Below are positions 19,785 through 30,345 of a DNA stretch of 64,000 bases, one piece after another. Positions within the stretch are counted from its first letter, which is position 1, and each line of letters opens with the position of its first letter. The stretch is taken from positions 3,712,001 through 3,776,000 of the forward strand of contig OZ219926.1 of NCBI GenBank assembly GCA_964291405.2, in the 5' to 3' direction. This stretch comes from Thermodesulfobacteriota bacterium. GTDB taxonomy: Bacteria > Desulfobacterota > Binatia > Bin18. Made by a program: the position numbers and the translations under genes. Below the pieces are notes generated by a model, which made no database searches, was not told the origin of the DNA, and was given only the letters and a program-made list of their open reading frames with translations.

Positions 19785-19866
19785 GCGTCGTGATTGTATT
19801 CCGATCAATCCATGTTCCACTATCTTTTCAACCGTGGGATTCATCGACACATGAAGGAGAGCAGAC

Positions 19867-20892
19867 ATGACCATCACCGAACATACCGTCAAAACCGACA
19901 GGCATACGACTTTTTATCTGGCTGCTGGTCCTGAGGACGGGCCGCTTGTCATCTTCGCCCACGGCTGGCCCGAGCTCTCGATAAGCTGGCGGCACCAACT
20001 GCCCGCTTTAGCTGCGCTGGGGTTTCGGACCGTAGCGCCGGACATGCGCGGCTATGGCCGGTCGTCTGTGTATGGGCAACACAGCGATTACGCCCAAGAG
20101 CAGATCGTCCGCGACATGCTGGAGTTGATAGACGCACTGGGGCAGGAAAAAGCCGTCTGGGTCGGCCATGATTGGGGCAGTCCGGTGGTGTGGAATATGG
20201 CAAGTCACCATCCGGACCGGTGTCATGCGGTCGCCAATCTGTGTGTCCCCTACTACACCCTTGAGCGCGGGCTTGAGCACACGCTGACCCTGGTGGACCG
20301 AGACCTCTATCCTGAAGATGAGTATCCTGCCGGGCAGTGGGATTATATGCGCTACTACGAGGAGAGTTTTACCGAGTCCATCGCCCCGATGGATGCTCAG
20401 GCCTACCGATTCGTCAAACTGCTGTTTCGGAAAGGGAACCCCGAAGGCGAGGGTAAGCCGGCCATCACCTCAACCGCACGACGCGATCGTAGTATGCTCG
20501 GTATGGCTGAGATCCCTGATTTGCCACGTGATGTCGATGTGGTCACCGAAGAGGACTTGCGCATCTATGCCTCTGCGCTCGAACGTAACGGGTTCTTCGG
20601 CCCCTCTTCGTGGTATATGAATCATCCGGTCAACACGGCCTACGCCGAGACTGCACACAACGACGGCTATCTCGATATGCCGGTGTTGTTTCTGACCGCC
20701 CAATACGACTTTGTGTGTGAATGCGTTCACTCACGCCTGGCCGAGCCGATGCGTACCTACTGCCGAGACCTGTCCGAAGAGACGATCCGCTCCGGCCATT
20801 GGATGGCCCAGGAAAAGCCGGCGGAAGTTAATGCCGCTTTAGTGAAATGGCTTGCGACCACGGTCCCGACAATCTGGCCGCGACCGCGGTGA
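19867..20892 (+). CDS. Epoxide hydrolase-like alpha/beta hydrolase
   Basis: HGWPE, APDMRGYG, VGHDWG nucleophile Asp, WDYMRYY, SWY, GHWMAQEKP. Confidence 0.9.
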   Translation: MTITEHTVKTDRHTTFYLAAGPEDGPLVIFAHGWPELSISWRHQLPALAALGFRTVAPDMRGYGRSSVYGQHSDYAQEQIVRDMLELIDALGQEKAVWVGHDWGSPVVWNMASHHPDRCHAVANLCVPYYTLERGLEHTLTLVDRDLYPEDEYPAGQWDYMRYYEESFTESIAPMDAQAYRFVKLLFRKGNPEGEGKPAITSTARRDRSMLGMAEIPDLPRDVDVVTEEDLRIYASALERNGFFGPSSWYMNHPVNTAYAETAHNDGYLDMPVLFLTAQYDFVCECVHSRLAEPMRTYCRDLSEETIRSGHWMAQEKPAEVNAALVKWLATTVPTIWPRPR

Positions 20893-20899
20893 GGCCGGA

Positions 20900-21226
20900 C
20901 TATTCCTGCTGTTCAAAAACCTCGTTGGCGATGCCGGCGGCCGTCATGGCTGCCGGCCAGCCGGAGTAAAACGCCAGGTGTGTAATCAGCTCTCCGATCT
21001 CTTCCTGGGTGACGCCGTTATCTAAGGCGCGCTGGAGATGCGGACGGAGCTGTTGGGGGCGGTAGGTGGACATGAGGGTCGCCACGGTGATGAGGCTGCG
21101 GTCACGCTTGGATAAACCTGGACGCTCCCAAACATCACCAAATAGAACTTTCTCGGTCAGGTCAATCAGCTTGGGCGCCACTTTCCGGGCTTTTTCCCGC
21201 ATGGTTGCGGCAGGTGCATTTGCCAT
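20900..21226 (-). CDS. Carboxymuconolactone decarboxylase-family protein
   Basis: LFGDVWERPGLSKRDRSLITVA, HLAFYSGWP. Confidence 0.9.
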   Translation of the reverse strand: MANAPAATMREKARKVAPKLIDLTEKVLFGDVWERPGLSKRDRSLITVATLMSTYRPQQLRPHLQRALDNGVTQEEIGELITHLAFYSGWPAAMTAAGIANEVFEQQE

Positions 21227-21431
21227 AACGTCCTCCTCGGCTGAGTAGAGTGTTGGTCAGGAGTAGCATCTCACCACTCTGCCGGCCAGACTGGGCCGTC
21301 AGCACTGCTGAGCTTTTCCGTACTTTGAGTAAAGGAGTGCCAGATCGGCAGGACTGGAAAACGTCCCAGAACGCTGGAGTGCAAGAGAAACCGGCTGGAG
21401 TCAATTCCGCTCTGTCTTACGTGACGACCCG

Positions 21432-22001
21432 TTACCTGCTCCTCGCGACCCGAGTCATAAAATCCCGGTCTAATTCCAACCTTTCATCCGCTACGAGCCA
21501 AAGTTCGTGCGCGGGTGTTCGGCCGTGAAAAAGCCATACTGAGATTCCCTCTTGTTTCGCTACCTCGACAGCGGGCAGGAAATCACTATCCCCTGCGACT
21601 AAGACTGCATGTGTTATCGTACGCTTACTGCTGAGAAGGGCAAAATCAAGACCGAGTAACAAATCGGTACGCTTTTGTTGGAAGATAGGCTTATCGTTAT
21701 TATCAAACCCTCGATGTGCCAATCTGCCTTCTCTCACTTGGAAGCGCTCAATACGGCCTAAGCGGTCGAAGAATTTACGTTTGTTTGCAAATCGCTCCCT
21801 TTCATAGTCAGTGGGAGGATTACTCTGGTAGGGAAGGCAGTCATAGTAGTAAGTCCGCAATAAGTCTATGGCGTTTGGGGTCTTACTCGAAACGGTAGAG
21901 ACTATTTCCTTCACAAACTTAACGTAGTCGACCCAAGTGCTAAATTCTCTTGCTATTTTGTCGATATACCCACCGTCTATGAAAGTCGCTAGTCGGGACA
22001 T
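21432..22001 (-). CDS. NYN-domain (LabA/DUF88, PIN-like) protein
   Basis: FIDGGY, RTYYYD, QQKRTD, LVAGDSDFLPAVEVAKQEG, ELWLVAD; visibly more AT-rich than its neighbours. Confidence 0.9.
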   Translation of the reverse strand: MSRLATFIDGGYIDKIAREFSTWVDYVKFVKEIVSTVSSKTPNAIDLLRTYYYDCLPYQSNPPTDYERERFANKRKFFDRLGRIERFQVREGRLAHRGFDNNDKPIFQQKRTDLLLGLDFALLSSKRTITHAVLVAGDSDFLPAVEVAKQEGISVWLFHGRTPAHELWLVADERLELDRDFMTRVARSR

Positions 22002-22033
22002 AAGCTGTTAGTGAGAAAAGGACGTATAAAAGC

Positions 22034-22067
22034 AATAAGCCGAAGAGACAAGTTTCTTCGGCTTATT
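22034..22067 (-). terminator. Intrinsic terminator-like hairpin between the thiolase and NYN genes
   Basis: AATAAGCCGAAGA...TCTTCGGCTTATT perfect 13-bp inverted repeat, followed on the minus strand by GCTTTT. Confidence 0.65.
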
Positions 22068-22264
22068 AACTCAGAGTTTTGATAGGCTGACCTGACATGC
22101 CGTCTGAGGACAGTGCCCATTGCCTTCCTTACCCATATCGGGTCAATGGTGGATAATGGTTCTGCTGCCAGAAGGGACGCCAGGGGGTATTCTTGAAAAT
22201 ATAAGTAACTCGGTTTGATCCGCCCGTCAACAGGGATCTGTCTCCTGAAGAATACGCACGGGGT

Positions 22265-23449
22265 TTACGCGACCTCAAACAGTCCGGCTGCGCCCATGCC
22301 GCCACCCACACACATGGTGATGACGACGTTCTTCGCGCCGCGCCGTTTGCCTTCGATCAGCGCGTGGCCGACCATGCGTGAGCCACTCATCCCGTAGGGA
22401 TGACCGATCGAGATGGACCCGCCGTTCACGTTCAGCCGTTCGTCCGGAATGCCGAGCCTGTCCCGGCAGTAGATGACTTGACAGGCGAAGGCTTCGTTCA
22501 GTTCCCACAGGTCGATATCGTCCATAGTCAGGCCGTTGCGTTCGAGCAGCTTGGGAACGGCAAAGACCGGACCAATCCCCATTTCGTCCGGCTCGCAGCC
22601 GGCAACAGCCATGCCACGATACACCCCCAAGGGCTGGAGCCCTCGTTGTTCGGCCTGCTTACGCTCCATCAGCACGCAGACCGAGACCCCGTCCGACAAC
22701 TGGCTGGCATTCCCGGCGGTAATAAAGCCACCCTCTCCCATGACCGGCCGCAGTGCGGCTAAACCGGCCGCGTTCGTACTCGGACGGTTACATTCGTCCC
22801 GCTCAAGGGTCATTTCCTGGCGCGTGGTCTCGCCCGTCTCTTTGTCGGTGAACAGCTTGGTGACGGTGCACGGAATGATCTCGTCATCGAATCGTCCGGC
22901 CTGTTGACCGGCAGCGGTACGCTGCTGGCTCTGGAGGGCATATTCATCCTGTGCTTCCCGCGAGATATTGTAGCGTTTCGAGACGACCTCCGCGGTGTCG
23001 ATCATGGCCATATACAGGTCCGGGGCTTTCTCTAGGGCCACGGCGTCTTCATTGCGATATTCGTTCTGATGGTCGTTCTGGACGAGGCTGATCGACTCCA
23101 AACCACCGGCCACCACGGTCTGCATGCCATCGGCCACAATCTGTTTGGCCGCCATGGAAACGCTCATCAGCCCCGAGGAACACTGACGATCAATGGTCTG
23201 GCCGGAGACAGAGACCGGCAACCCTGCGGCGATGCCGCACTGCCGAGCCACATTATAGCCCTGGGTGCCTTCCTGGAGCGCGGCGCCCATGATCAGATCG
23301 TCGATTTCGCCAGTCTCCACTTTGGCCCGACGGATGGCTTCCTGAATAATCGGTGCAGCCATGGTCGGGGTCGTGGTGTCATTAAACGCGCCACGATATG
23401 CCTTGCCAATCGGCGTTCGGGCAGTCGATACGATGACAGCTTCTCGCAT
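22265..23449 (-). CDS. Acetyl-CoA C-acyltransferase (thiolase)
   Basis: [56 protein letters not shown]. Confidence 0.96.
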   Translation of the reverse strand: MREAVIVSTARTPIGKAYRGAFNDTTTPTMAAPIIQEAIRRAKVETGEIDDLIMGAALQEGTQGYNVARQCGIAAGLPVSVSGQTIDRQCSSGLMSVSMAAKQIVADGMQTVVAGGLESISLVQNDHQNEYRNEDAVALEKAPDLYMAMIDTAEVVSKRYNISREAQDEYALQSQQRTAAGQQAGRFDDEIIPCTVTKLFTDKETGETTRQEMTLERDECNRPSTNAAGLAALRPVMGEGGFITAGNASQLSDGVSVCVLMERKQAEQRGLQPLGVYRGMAVAGCEPDEMGIGPVFAVPKLLERNGLTMDDIDLWELNEAFACQVIYCRDRLGIPDERLNVNGGSISIGHPYGMSGSRMVGHALIEGKRRGAKNVVITMCVGGGMGAAGLFEVA

Positions 23450-23567
23450 AGCAATCTCCTCCTCAGTATTTTACGCTATCGGCAAGTCTTAGCAGTTCCC
23501 ACCCCTTCCTCCAACTGGCGCACGATCTTTTCTCCTGCGGGTGGGGTACTCAGGAAGGAGACCCACG

Positions 23568-23999
23568 ATGTCTGATGTCGGGCTGACGCATATCGCGCTT
23601 CCGGTCACCAACATGGAGGTGAGCCTTGCCTTCTATGCGGCCTATGCCCGTATGCGGGTTGTCCATCGCCGGACCGATCCAGATGGGACACAGGTCGCTT
23701 GGCTGAGTGACCGGACACGCCCCTTTGTGATTGTCCTCATCCAGTCGCCTCGGGTGGACGCTCCCTTGCTGCCCCTTGCCCATCTCGGCGTCGGCTGTGC
23801 AACCCGCCAGGAAGTCGATGCTCTGTGTGAACAAGCGCGGCAGGCCGGCTGTTTGCGTCTGGGACCGACCGATTCAGGCTATCCGATCGGCTACTGGGCC
23901 TTCCTGTCCGACCCGGACGGACACACCCTTGAAATTGCCCATGGACAAGAGGTTGCCCTCACCGTCGCCAGAGCCCCAGAGAAAGACAATTCGTCCTGA
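23568..23999 (+). CDS. VOC/glyoxalase-family protein
   Basis: GLTHIAL, AHLGVGC, DPDGHTLE; AAGGAG RBS. Confidence 0.88.
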   Translation: MSDVGLTHIALPVTNMEVSLAFYAAYARMRVVHRRTDPDGTQVAWLSDRTRPFVIVLIQSPRVDAPLLPLAHLGVGCATRQEVDALCEQARQAGCLRLGPTDSGYPIGYWAFLSDPDGHTLEIAHGQEVALTVARAPEKDNSS

Positions 24000-24052
24000 C
24001 ACGCCGTACCGGATCTTTTCCGCGTATGCCAACCGCGCTGGCCTTGGAAGCG

Positions 24053-27000
24053 CTACCCGGTTCCATCCAGCGGCCCAAAGCCGCCCCCGCCCGGCGTTTG
24101 CATGACAAAGACGTCGCCCGGCTGCATCAGGGTTTCATCGCTGCCGGCGAGTTCTTCAATGCTCCCATCTACGCGCTCGACCGTATCACGACCTCGCTCT
24201 CCGGCCTGACCGCCGGCCAGTCCATACGGTTCGGTCAGGCGGTGGCTGCATAAGGTGGTGACGATCATGGATTCCAAAAACCGCAACCGCCGGGTAATCC
24301 CCGCGCCGCCCGGCTGCTGTCCCCCGCCGCCAGAACCGTGGCGGATGGCAAAACTTTCAACGCGCACCGGAAAACGCCACTCCAACACCTCGGGGTCGGT
24401 CATGCGCGTATTGGTCATATGACTATGCACCGCGTCGCAGCCCGGATGGTCAGGACCGGCACCGGTGCCGCCGCATATGGTTTCGTAGTTTTGGTACTGC
24501 TCGTTGCCATACACAAAATTGTTGACCGTGCCCTGCGACGAGGCGAGCACCCCGAGCGCGCCGTACAGGGCGTCTGTGACGCATTGAGAGACTTCCGTAT
24601 TGCCGGCGATAACCGCAGCGGGGTATTTCGGACTGATGATGGAGTGCGGCGGGATAATGATATCGAGCGGTTTCAGACAGCCCTCGTTCAGCGGAATCGC
24701 GTCAGCCACCAGGGTCCGAAAAACGTACAGGACCGCAGCCTTACACACCGCCGCGGGCGCGTTGTAGTTGCCGCTGTGCTGAGAAGAAGTACCACTGAAA
24801 TCGATGCTGGCTCGGCGGGCCGATTTGTCCACTCGAATGCTGACCCGAATCTGACAACCGTTGTCCATGGGATAGGTGAACGTGCCATCTGTGAGGACAT
24901 CGAGCACGCGGCGCACGGACTCTGCGGCATTATCCTGGACATGCTGCATATAGGCGTGCACGACCTCGATACCAAAGTGCTCGACCATTTTCCTGAGTTC
25001 CTGTACGCCGGTTTCGTTGGCCGCGAGCTGGGCGCGCAGGTCTGCCATGTTCTGGTCAGGATTCCGGCAGGGATACGCGCCCGAACCCAGCAGTTGTCGC
25101 ATCTCCTGTTCGCGCAGCCGGCCCTGGCGAACAAAGAGAAAATTGTCGATCAGTACGCCCTCCTGGTGAATAGTGGTGCTGTCCGGTGGGGCCGAGCCTG
25201 GGGTGCGTCCGCCGATATCGGCATGATGCCCGCGTGAGCCCACATAAAACAGAATGCGGTCAGCACGGGTGGTATCAAACACGGGCGTAATGACCGTCAC
25301 ATCCGGGAGATGCGTGCCGCCGTTATAGGGGGCATTCAGGACATAGGCATCACCGGGCCGCATTGTCCCCTGATTGGCCTTGATGACGGTTTTAATCGAC
25401 TCGCCCATGGAACCCAGATGGACCGGAACGTGCGGGGCATTGGCGACCAGACTCCCGTCCGGGGCGAAGATGGCGCACGAGAAATCCAGCCGTTCTTTGA
25501 TATTCACCGAGTAGGCCGTATTGGCCAGCGTCGCGCCCATTTGCTCGGCGACCGACATAAAGAGGTTGTTAAACACCTCCAACATCACCGGGTCGGCCGC
25601 GGTGCCAATCGCCGCTTGGTGTGATTTCGGTTTCGTGCGGGTCAGGAGCAGATGGCCATAGCGGTTCAGCTCGGCCTGCCACTCCGGCTCAACCACCGTG
25701 GTTGCCGTGGGCTCACAAATAATGGCGGGGCCGGGAATGCGTTGGCTCGGTTGAAGATGTTCACGCTGGAATACCGGTGTGTTCTGCCAAGCGCCGTCCA
25801 TATATGCCCGGACCTGCTGAAGCGGTTGTGCCGTGTTGTCCTTATCCGCTGGCAGCTCGGTGTCATCAACCTGCTCCGTTGTGCCGACCGCTTCGACCGA
25901 GACCGCCTCGGCGACCAGTTGTCGTCCCTCGACGATAAAGCCGAAGCGCTGCTTATGGGTGGTCTCAAACACGGTTCGCATATCGTCGAGGTCGGACAAG
26001 TCCACTTGTAAAGCAGTGTCAGTTCCCTGGTAGCGCAGATGAACCCGTTTATGCAGGGTGAGGCGATCGGCAGACACGCCTTGCGCAAGAATTTCGTTGC
26101 TGGCCTCGTCGCCGAGTTCCGCACAAGCCGTTTCCAATACGGGTATGGCTGAGGCTGCAAGCAGCAGCTCGATCTGTCGCTCGCGCAGCGCCCGCACGTC
26201 TGCCAGACCCATCCCGTAGGCCGATAACACTCCGGCAAATGGATGGAGAAAGACCGTTTTCATGCCTAGCGCATCCGCGACCAGACAAGCGTGCTGGCCG
26301 GCGGCTCCACCAAAACAGTTCAGGGTATACTCCGTCACATCGTAGCCGCGCTGAACAGAGATTTTTTTGATGGCGTTCGCCATGTTTTCCACGGCAATGC
26401 GCAGAAAGCCGGCAGCTACGGCCTCAGGCGACTGGACGGCATTGCCCGTGGCGCCGGTGATCTCTTGGGCGAAGGCTCCGAACTTTTCTCGAACGATTTG
26501 CACGTCCAAGGCTTGATCCGCGTTTGGGCCAAATACTGCGGGGAAAAAGGCCGCTTGCAGCTTGCCCAGCATGACGTTGCAGTCGGTCACGGTAAGTGGG
26601 CCGCCGCGCTGATAGCACGCCGGCCCGGGGTCTGCGCCGGCCGAGTCCGGGCCAACCCGAAAACGGGCACCATCAAAGTGCAGGATAGAACCCCCGCCCG
26701 CCGCGACGGTGTGGATATGCATCATTGGGGCGCGCATGCGGACGCCAGCAACCAGAGTCTCAAGCGTCCGCTCATATTCGCCGTCATAATGCGATACATC
26801 GGTCGAGGTGCCGCCCATATCGAAGCCGATAACTTTGCGAAAACCCGCCATCGACGCGGTCCGGACCATGCCGATCACCCCACCGGCCGGTCCGGATAAA
26901 ATACTGTCCTTGCCCTGAAACAGGTGGGCATCGGTCAGGCCGCCGTTCGACTGCATGAACATCAGCTTGGGACCAGACTGGCGCTCCGCCTCGAGTTCTC

Positions 27001-27706
27001 CCGCGACCTGATCGACGTAACGCCGCAGCAGCGGTGAGAGATAGGCATCAACCACCGTGGTATCGCCGCGTGAGACCAGCTTCATCAACGGGCTGACCGC
27101 ATGGGAGACCGAAACCTGCTGAAAGCCGATCTCGGCGGCAATGGCGGCGACCCGAGCCTCATGCGCCGCGTACCGATAGCCATGGACAAAGGCAATCGCC
27201 ACCGCGCGAATACCCGCATCATAAGCAGCCTGAAGGCTCCGTCGCGCGCCGTCTTCATCCAGGGGCGTGACGAGTGTGCCGTGGGCGTCAATCCGCTCAC
27301 TGACCTCGATCACCCGCTCAAACAGCATTTCCGGCAGGACGATATGTCGGGCAAACAGGTCGGGGCGGTTCTGATAACCGATCCGCAGGGTGTCCCCAAA
27401 CCCTTGAGTAGTCACGAACACGGTCCGGTCGCCCTTGCGTTCCAGCAGGGCATTGGTCGCGACCGTGGTCCCCATCTTCACCAGAGCAATCGTATCGGGT
27501 GGGATGGCCGCGTCGCCATCGATCCTGAGCAGATCGCGAATACCCTGGACGGCCGCGTCCTGATAGCGTTCAGGATTGGCCGACAGCAGTTTATGCGTGA
27601 CCAGGGTGCCGTCAGGACGACGCGCCACCAGATCGGTGAAGGTCCCGCCGCGGTCAATCCAAATCTGCCACCCCCGCTCCTGGTGCGCGGTGCTCTGCGC
27701 ATTCAT
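24053..27706 (-). CDS. ATP-dependent 5-oxoprolinase, fused hydantoinase A+B type (about 1217 aa)
   Basis: [87 protein letters not shown]. Confidence 0.95.
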   Translation of the reverse strand: MNAQSTAHQERGWQIWIDRGGTFTDLVARRPDGTLVTHKLLSANPERYQDAAVQGIRDLLRIDGDAAIPPDTIALVKMGTTVATNALLERKGDRTVFVTTQGFGDTLRIGYQNRPDLFARHIVLPEMLFERVIEVSERIDAHGTLVTPLDEDGARRSLQAAYDAGIRAVAIAFVHGYRYAAHEARVAAIAAEIGFQQVSVSHAVSPLMKLVSRGDTTVVDAYLSPLLRRYVDQVAGELEAERQSGPKLMFMQSNGGLTDAHLFQGKDSILSGPAGGVIGMVRTASMAGFRKVIGFDMGGTSTDVSHYDGEYERTLETLVAGVRMRAPMMHIHTVAAGGGSILHFDGARFRVGPDSAGADPGPACYQRGGPLTVTDCNVMLGKLQAAFFPAVFGPNADQALDVQIVREKFGAFAQEITGATGNAVQSPEAVAAGFLRIAVENMANAIKKISVQRGYDVTEYTLNCFGGAAGQHACLVADALGMKTVFLHPFAGVLSAYGMGLADVRALRERQIELLLAASAIPVLETACAELGDEASNEILAQGVSADRLTLHKRVHLRYQGTDTALQVDLSDLDDMRTVFETTHKQRFGFIVEGRQLVAEAVSVEAVGTTEQVDDTELPADKDNTAQPLQQVRAYMDGAWQNTPVFQREHLQPSQRIPGPAIICEPTATTVVEPEWQAELNRYGHLLLTRTKPKSHQAAIGTAADPVMLEVFNNLFMSVAEQMGATLANTAYSVNIKERLDFSCAIFAPDGSLVANAPHVPVHLGSMGESIKTVIKANQGTMRPGDAYVLNAPYNGGTHLPDVTVITPVFDTTRADRILFYVGSRGHHADIGGRTPGSAPPDSTTIHQEGVLIDNFLFVRQGRLREQEMRQLLGSGAYPCRNPDQNMADLRAQLAANETGVQELRKMVEHFGIEVVHAYMQHVQDNAAESVRRVLDVLTDGTFTYPMDNGCQIRVSIRVDKSARRASIDFSGTSSQHSGNYNAPAAVCKAAVLYVFRTLVADAIPLNEGCLKPLDIIIPPHSIISPKYPAAVIAGNTEVSQCVTDALYGALGVLASSQGTVNNFVYGNEQYQNYETICGGTGAGPDHPGCDAVHSHMTNTRMTDPEVLEWRFPVRVESFAIRHGSGGGGQQPGGAGITRRLRFLESMIVTTLCSHRLTEPYGLAGGQAGERGRDTVERVDGSIEELAGSDETLMQPGDVFVMQTPGGGGFGPLDGTG

Positions 27707-27730
27707 GATCCGGTTGCCTCCACGCGTCTG

Positions 27731-28675
27731 CTACCCCTTACGTTTGCGGACGCTATAACCAAAGCGGGGAAAATGTACCGTGACAAGCCCGGCGCGCTCG
27801 TTCCGATGCTGAAGCGCCAGGCGCTGGGCGTCGATGGAAATCAGCCTGCCGACACTGGGGTTGGCCCGACCATAGTCGGTTGGCGTAATGGAGACCGTAT
27901 CGCCGAGGGCAGGGTCTCCGTCCAGCGTCTGAGTCGGCAGGGACGGTAAGGGATCGCTGGAAGCCGCAACGTCGAGCGCCTCGTGCGCAGTCATCGCGCT
28001 TGGGCGACCATGTCCGTGCGCGGCTATGCGCTCCATCCATTGGCGGATAACGTCTGGAATAACAGTCGTGCGCTCGCCGGCGAGCTGGTCCATGACCCAC
28101 AGCGGATGGTAGATCACGCAATCGGCCAGAGATGGTGCTTCGCCATAGATATAGGTCCGTCCGTCGTGCAGGATATCGCTGATCCAATGCAACTGTGGAC
28201 GCAACTGGGCGAGGTTCTTGGCTGCTGCGGCCTTCCGGTGGGCGAGCCCCGGTTCAGGCTTACCGAGTAAGGCAGCACGGTCGGCCAGGAATTCCGGCGT
28301 GAACCGATCGGCGTCGGCATGTTCGCAGGAAATATAATTGATGGTATTGCGCGTCAGAGTCGCGTCCGTCCAGCGCTCCAGGCCGGCAATAAACGCCCGT
28401 TGAGCGACCGAATCCGGTCCCGGATAGAGCGTGGGTTCCGGGAAACGGCGCTCAAGCTCCTCGATAATCCGCGCGGTATCACAAAAAACATCGGCGCCGA
28501 TCTGGAGGGCCGGCGCACGGCGGTAGCCGCCGGTGAGGGGGATATAGTCCGGCTTGGGCAGGGTGGGGGGAATATCGACCGAGCGCCAGGCCAGGCCTTT
28601 GAGACCCAGGACGAGACGGACTTTTTCAGAGTAGTTGGAGAAATCGTAGTGATGCAGAATGAGTTCCGAGGGCAT
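27731..28675 (-). CDS. Glutathione S-transferase-family protein
   Basis: LHHYDFSNYSEKVRLVLG, TGGYRRAPALQIGADVFCDT, PSLAD, VHFPRFGY. Confidence 0.88.
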   Translation of the reverse strand: MPSELILHHYDFSNYSEKVRLVLGLKGLAWRSVDIPPTLPKPDYIPLTGGYRRAPALQIGADVFCDTARIIEELERRFPEPTLYPGPDSVAQRAFIAGLERWTDATLTRNTINYISCEHADADRFTPEFLADRAALLGKPEPGLAHRKAAAAKNLAQLRPQLHWISDILHDGRTYIYGEAPSLADCVIYHPLWVMDQLAGERTTVIPDVIRQWMERIAAHGHGRPSAMTAHEALDVAASSDPLPSLPTQTLDGDPALGDTVSITPTDYGRANPSVGRLISIDAQRLALQHRNERAGLVTVHFPRFGYSVRKRKG

Positions 28676-28777
28676 GGGTTTCCTTATTTGCCTTGATCTG
28701 AAACCCATAAAGTGGCAAGGAGGAGGAGGAAATTCAAGGGAGGAAGCCGGAAATCGAGAATCAGGAGGGGAAGTCAT

Positions 28778-29980
28778 ATGCCAGCCGCACATTTTTTTGC
28801 CCAGAATCTTGAAGAGGTCGGTCTCGACCCGGAAAAAGTCCAGGCTCTGTTTGAACGGGCCGAGCGAGAGGTCAAATCCGGCCTGCTGCCGGCCACCCAG
28901 GTTGCGATTGCACGCAATGGAAAGATCGGTGCCATGCAGACCTTTGGCAAGGCGGTCCAAGGCGGGACGGAAAAACCGGCGACGGATGACACCCGATTTG
29001 TCATTATGTCTTCGACCAAGGCGTTCACCTCAGCCTCGGCCTGGATTCTCATACAAGAGGGTCAACTCCGCCCCGAAGACCGTGTGGTCGAGTATATCCC
29101 CGAGTTTGGGACGAACGGCAAAGACGTGGTGACGGTTGAGCAGTTGCTCATTCACACGTCGGCTATCCCCTATGCTCCGCACTGGCAAAAAGAATGGGCC
29201 GATCACGACAAGCGCTTAAATCGCTTTGCCCAGTGGAAGCTGGATCATACGCCGGGCGAGAAGTTCGTCTATCATGTGTCGGCGAATTTCTGGCCGGTCG
29301 CTGCTATTATCGAACACCTCAGCGGTCAGCGCCTGAGCGAGTTTGTGCGGACGCGGATTACCGAGCCGCTGGGGCTGCCTGATTTGCGCTTCGGGCTGCC
29401 TCCCTCCGGGAACGCCGATGTCGCCGATGTGGAGTGGGTGGGCGCCGCCCCGACCGCCGAAGAGTATGAAAAAATGGGAGTCAAAGGCTTTAACGCCACG
29501 ACCAACGCCATCAATGAAGACGGGGTGTTGGAGTTGAACGAAACGGTCACCCGAGAAGCCGGGTCGCCTTCGGCCGGCTGCATTACCACGGCTGGTGATA
29601 TCGCCTTATTCTATCAGGCATTGCTGAACGACGGCCGCGCCCACGAGGGGACGCCGGTCTGGCAGCCCGACATGCTGAAAGAGGCGCGGCGCGTTCGCAC
29701 CGGAGAGCTACGCGATCCCTTTCTCGGCCACCGGGCCAATCGGGCCTTGGGGATTGCTGTTGCCGGCGGAGATGGGAAGGCCAATATGCGCGGCTTCGGG
29801 CGCACCAATTCCGCAGAGTCGTTCGGGCATCCGGGCTTTGGCGGTCAGAGCGGTTGGGCCGACCCGGCAACGGGTATCTCGTTCGGCTTTCTGACCAACG
29901 GGTTCGACCGGCACGACATTCGTGAAGCTCGCCGCCGGGTGGCCCTGTCGAGTCTGGCCGCCTCGTGTGCGGCCGCGTGA
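28778..29980 (+). CDS. Serine hydrolase, beta-lactamase/esterase family
   Basis: SSTK (SxxK) motif, PEFGTNGKDVVTVEQLLIHT, FVYH, FGHPGFGG, WADPATG. Confidence 0.9.
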   Translation: MPAAHFFAQNLEEVGLDPEKVQALFERAEREVKSGLLPATQVAIARNGKIGAMQTFGKAVQGGTEKPATDDTRFVIMSSTKAFTSASAWILIQEGQLRPEDRVVEYIPEFGTNGKDVVTVEQLLIHTSAIPYAPHWQKEWADHDKRLNRFAQWKLDHTPGEKFVYHVSANFWPVAAIIEHLSGQRLSEFVRTRITEPLGLPDLRFGLPPSGNADVADVEWVGAAPTAEEYEKMGVKGFNATTNAINEDGVLELNETVTREAGSPSAGCITTAGDIALFYQALLNDGRAHEGTPVWQPDMLKEARRVRTGELRDPFLGHRANRALGIAVAGGDGKANMRGFGRTNSAESFGHPGFGGQSGWADPATGISFGFLTNGFDRHDIREARRRVALSSLAASCAAA

Positions 29981-30016
29981 AGATGCAGACCCGATAACGC
30001 TCCGCTATGCTACTCC

Positions 30017-30063
30017 AGCGTCACAGTGTCTTGATGCCGTGACGCTGTGACGCTACCGTCACA
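30017..30063 (+). promoter_or_regulatory. Probable autoregulatory operator of the RHH antitoxin gene
   Basis: AGCGTCAC, two tandem GTGACGCT (its reverse complement) and CGTCAC, immediately before the GAGGAGG RBS. Confidence 0.5.
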
Positions 30064-30080
30064 CGAGGAGGATATGTGTC

Positions 30081-30314
30081 ATGGGCGAAGCATCCAAACG
30101 TTCTACGATCTACTTTGATCCTCAGCTTCATGCGGCGTTACGGCTCAAGGCGGCCTACTCGCAACGTTCGGTATCCGCCATTGTCAATGAGGCGGTTCGC
30201 GCAGTACTTGCCGAAGATCAAGAAGATCTGGCCGCATTCCGGCAACGCGCAACCGAGTCCACCCTGAGCTATGAAGAACTCCTGAACGACCTGCGGGCGC
30301 ATGGCAAACTATAG
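30081..30314 (+). CDS. CopG/ribbon-helix-helix antitoxin
   Basis: KRSTIYFDPQLHAALRLKAA, SVSAIVNEAVR, EDQEDLAAF, SYEELLNDLRAHGKL. Confidence 0.85.
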   Translation: MGEASKRSTIYFDPQLHAALRLKAAYSQRSVSAIVNEAVRAVLAEDQEDLAAFRQRATESTLSYEELLNDLRAHGKL

Positions 30315-30321
30315 GCTGATC
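30301..30321 (+). pseudogene. Stub of an overlapping RelE/ParE toxin gene
   Basis: ATG overlapping the antitoxin 3' end reads MANYRLI, like a RelE start, then any resemblance is lost. Confidence 0.4.
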
Positions 30322-30345
30322 GGAGAGGGTCTACTAATGATTCGC

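Noticed and set aside
28778-29980. Beta-lactam resistance gene
   Set aside because: SxxK hydrolase with no signal peptide and GHPG in place of KTG; more consistent with a family VIII-type esterase/amidase
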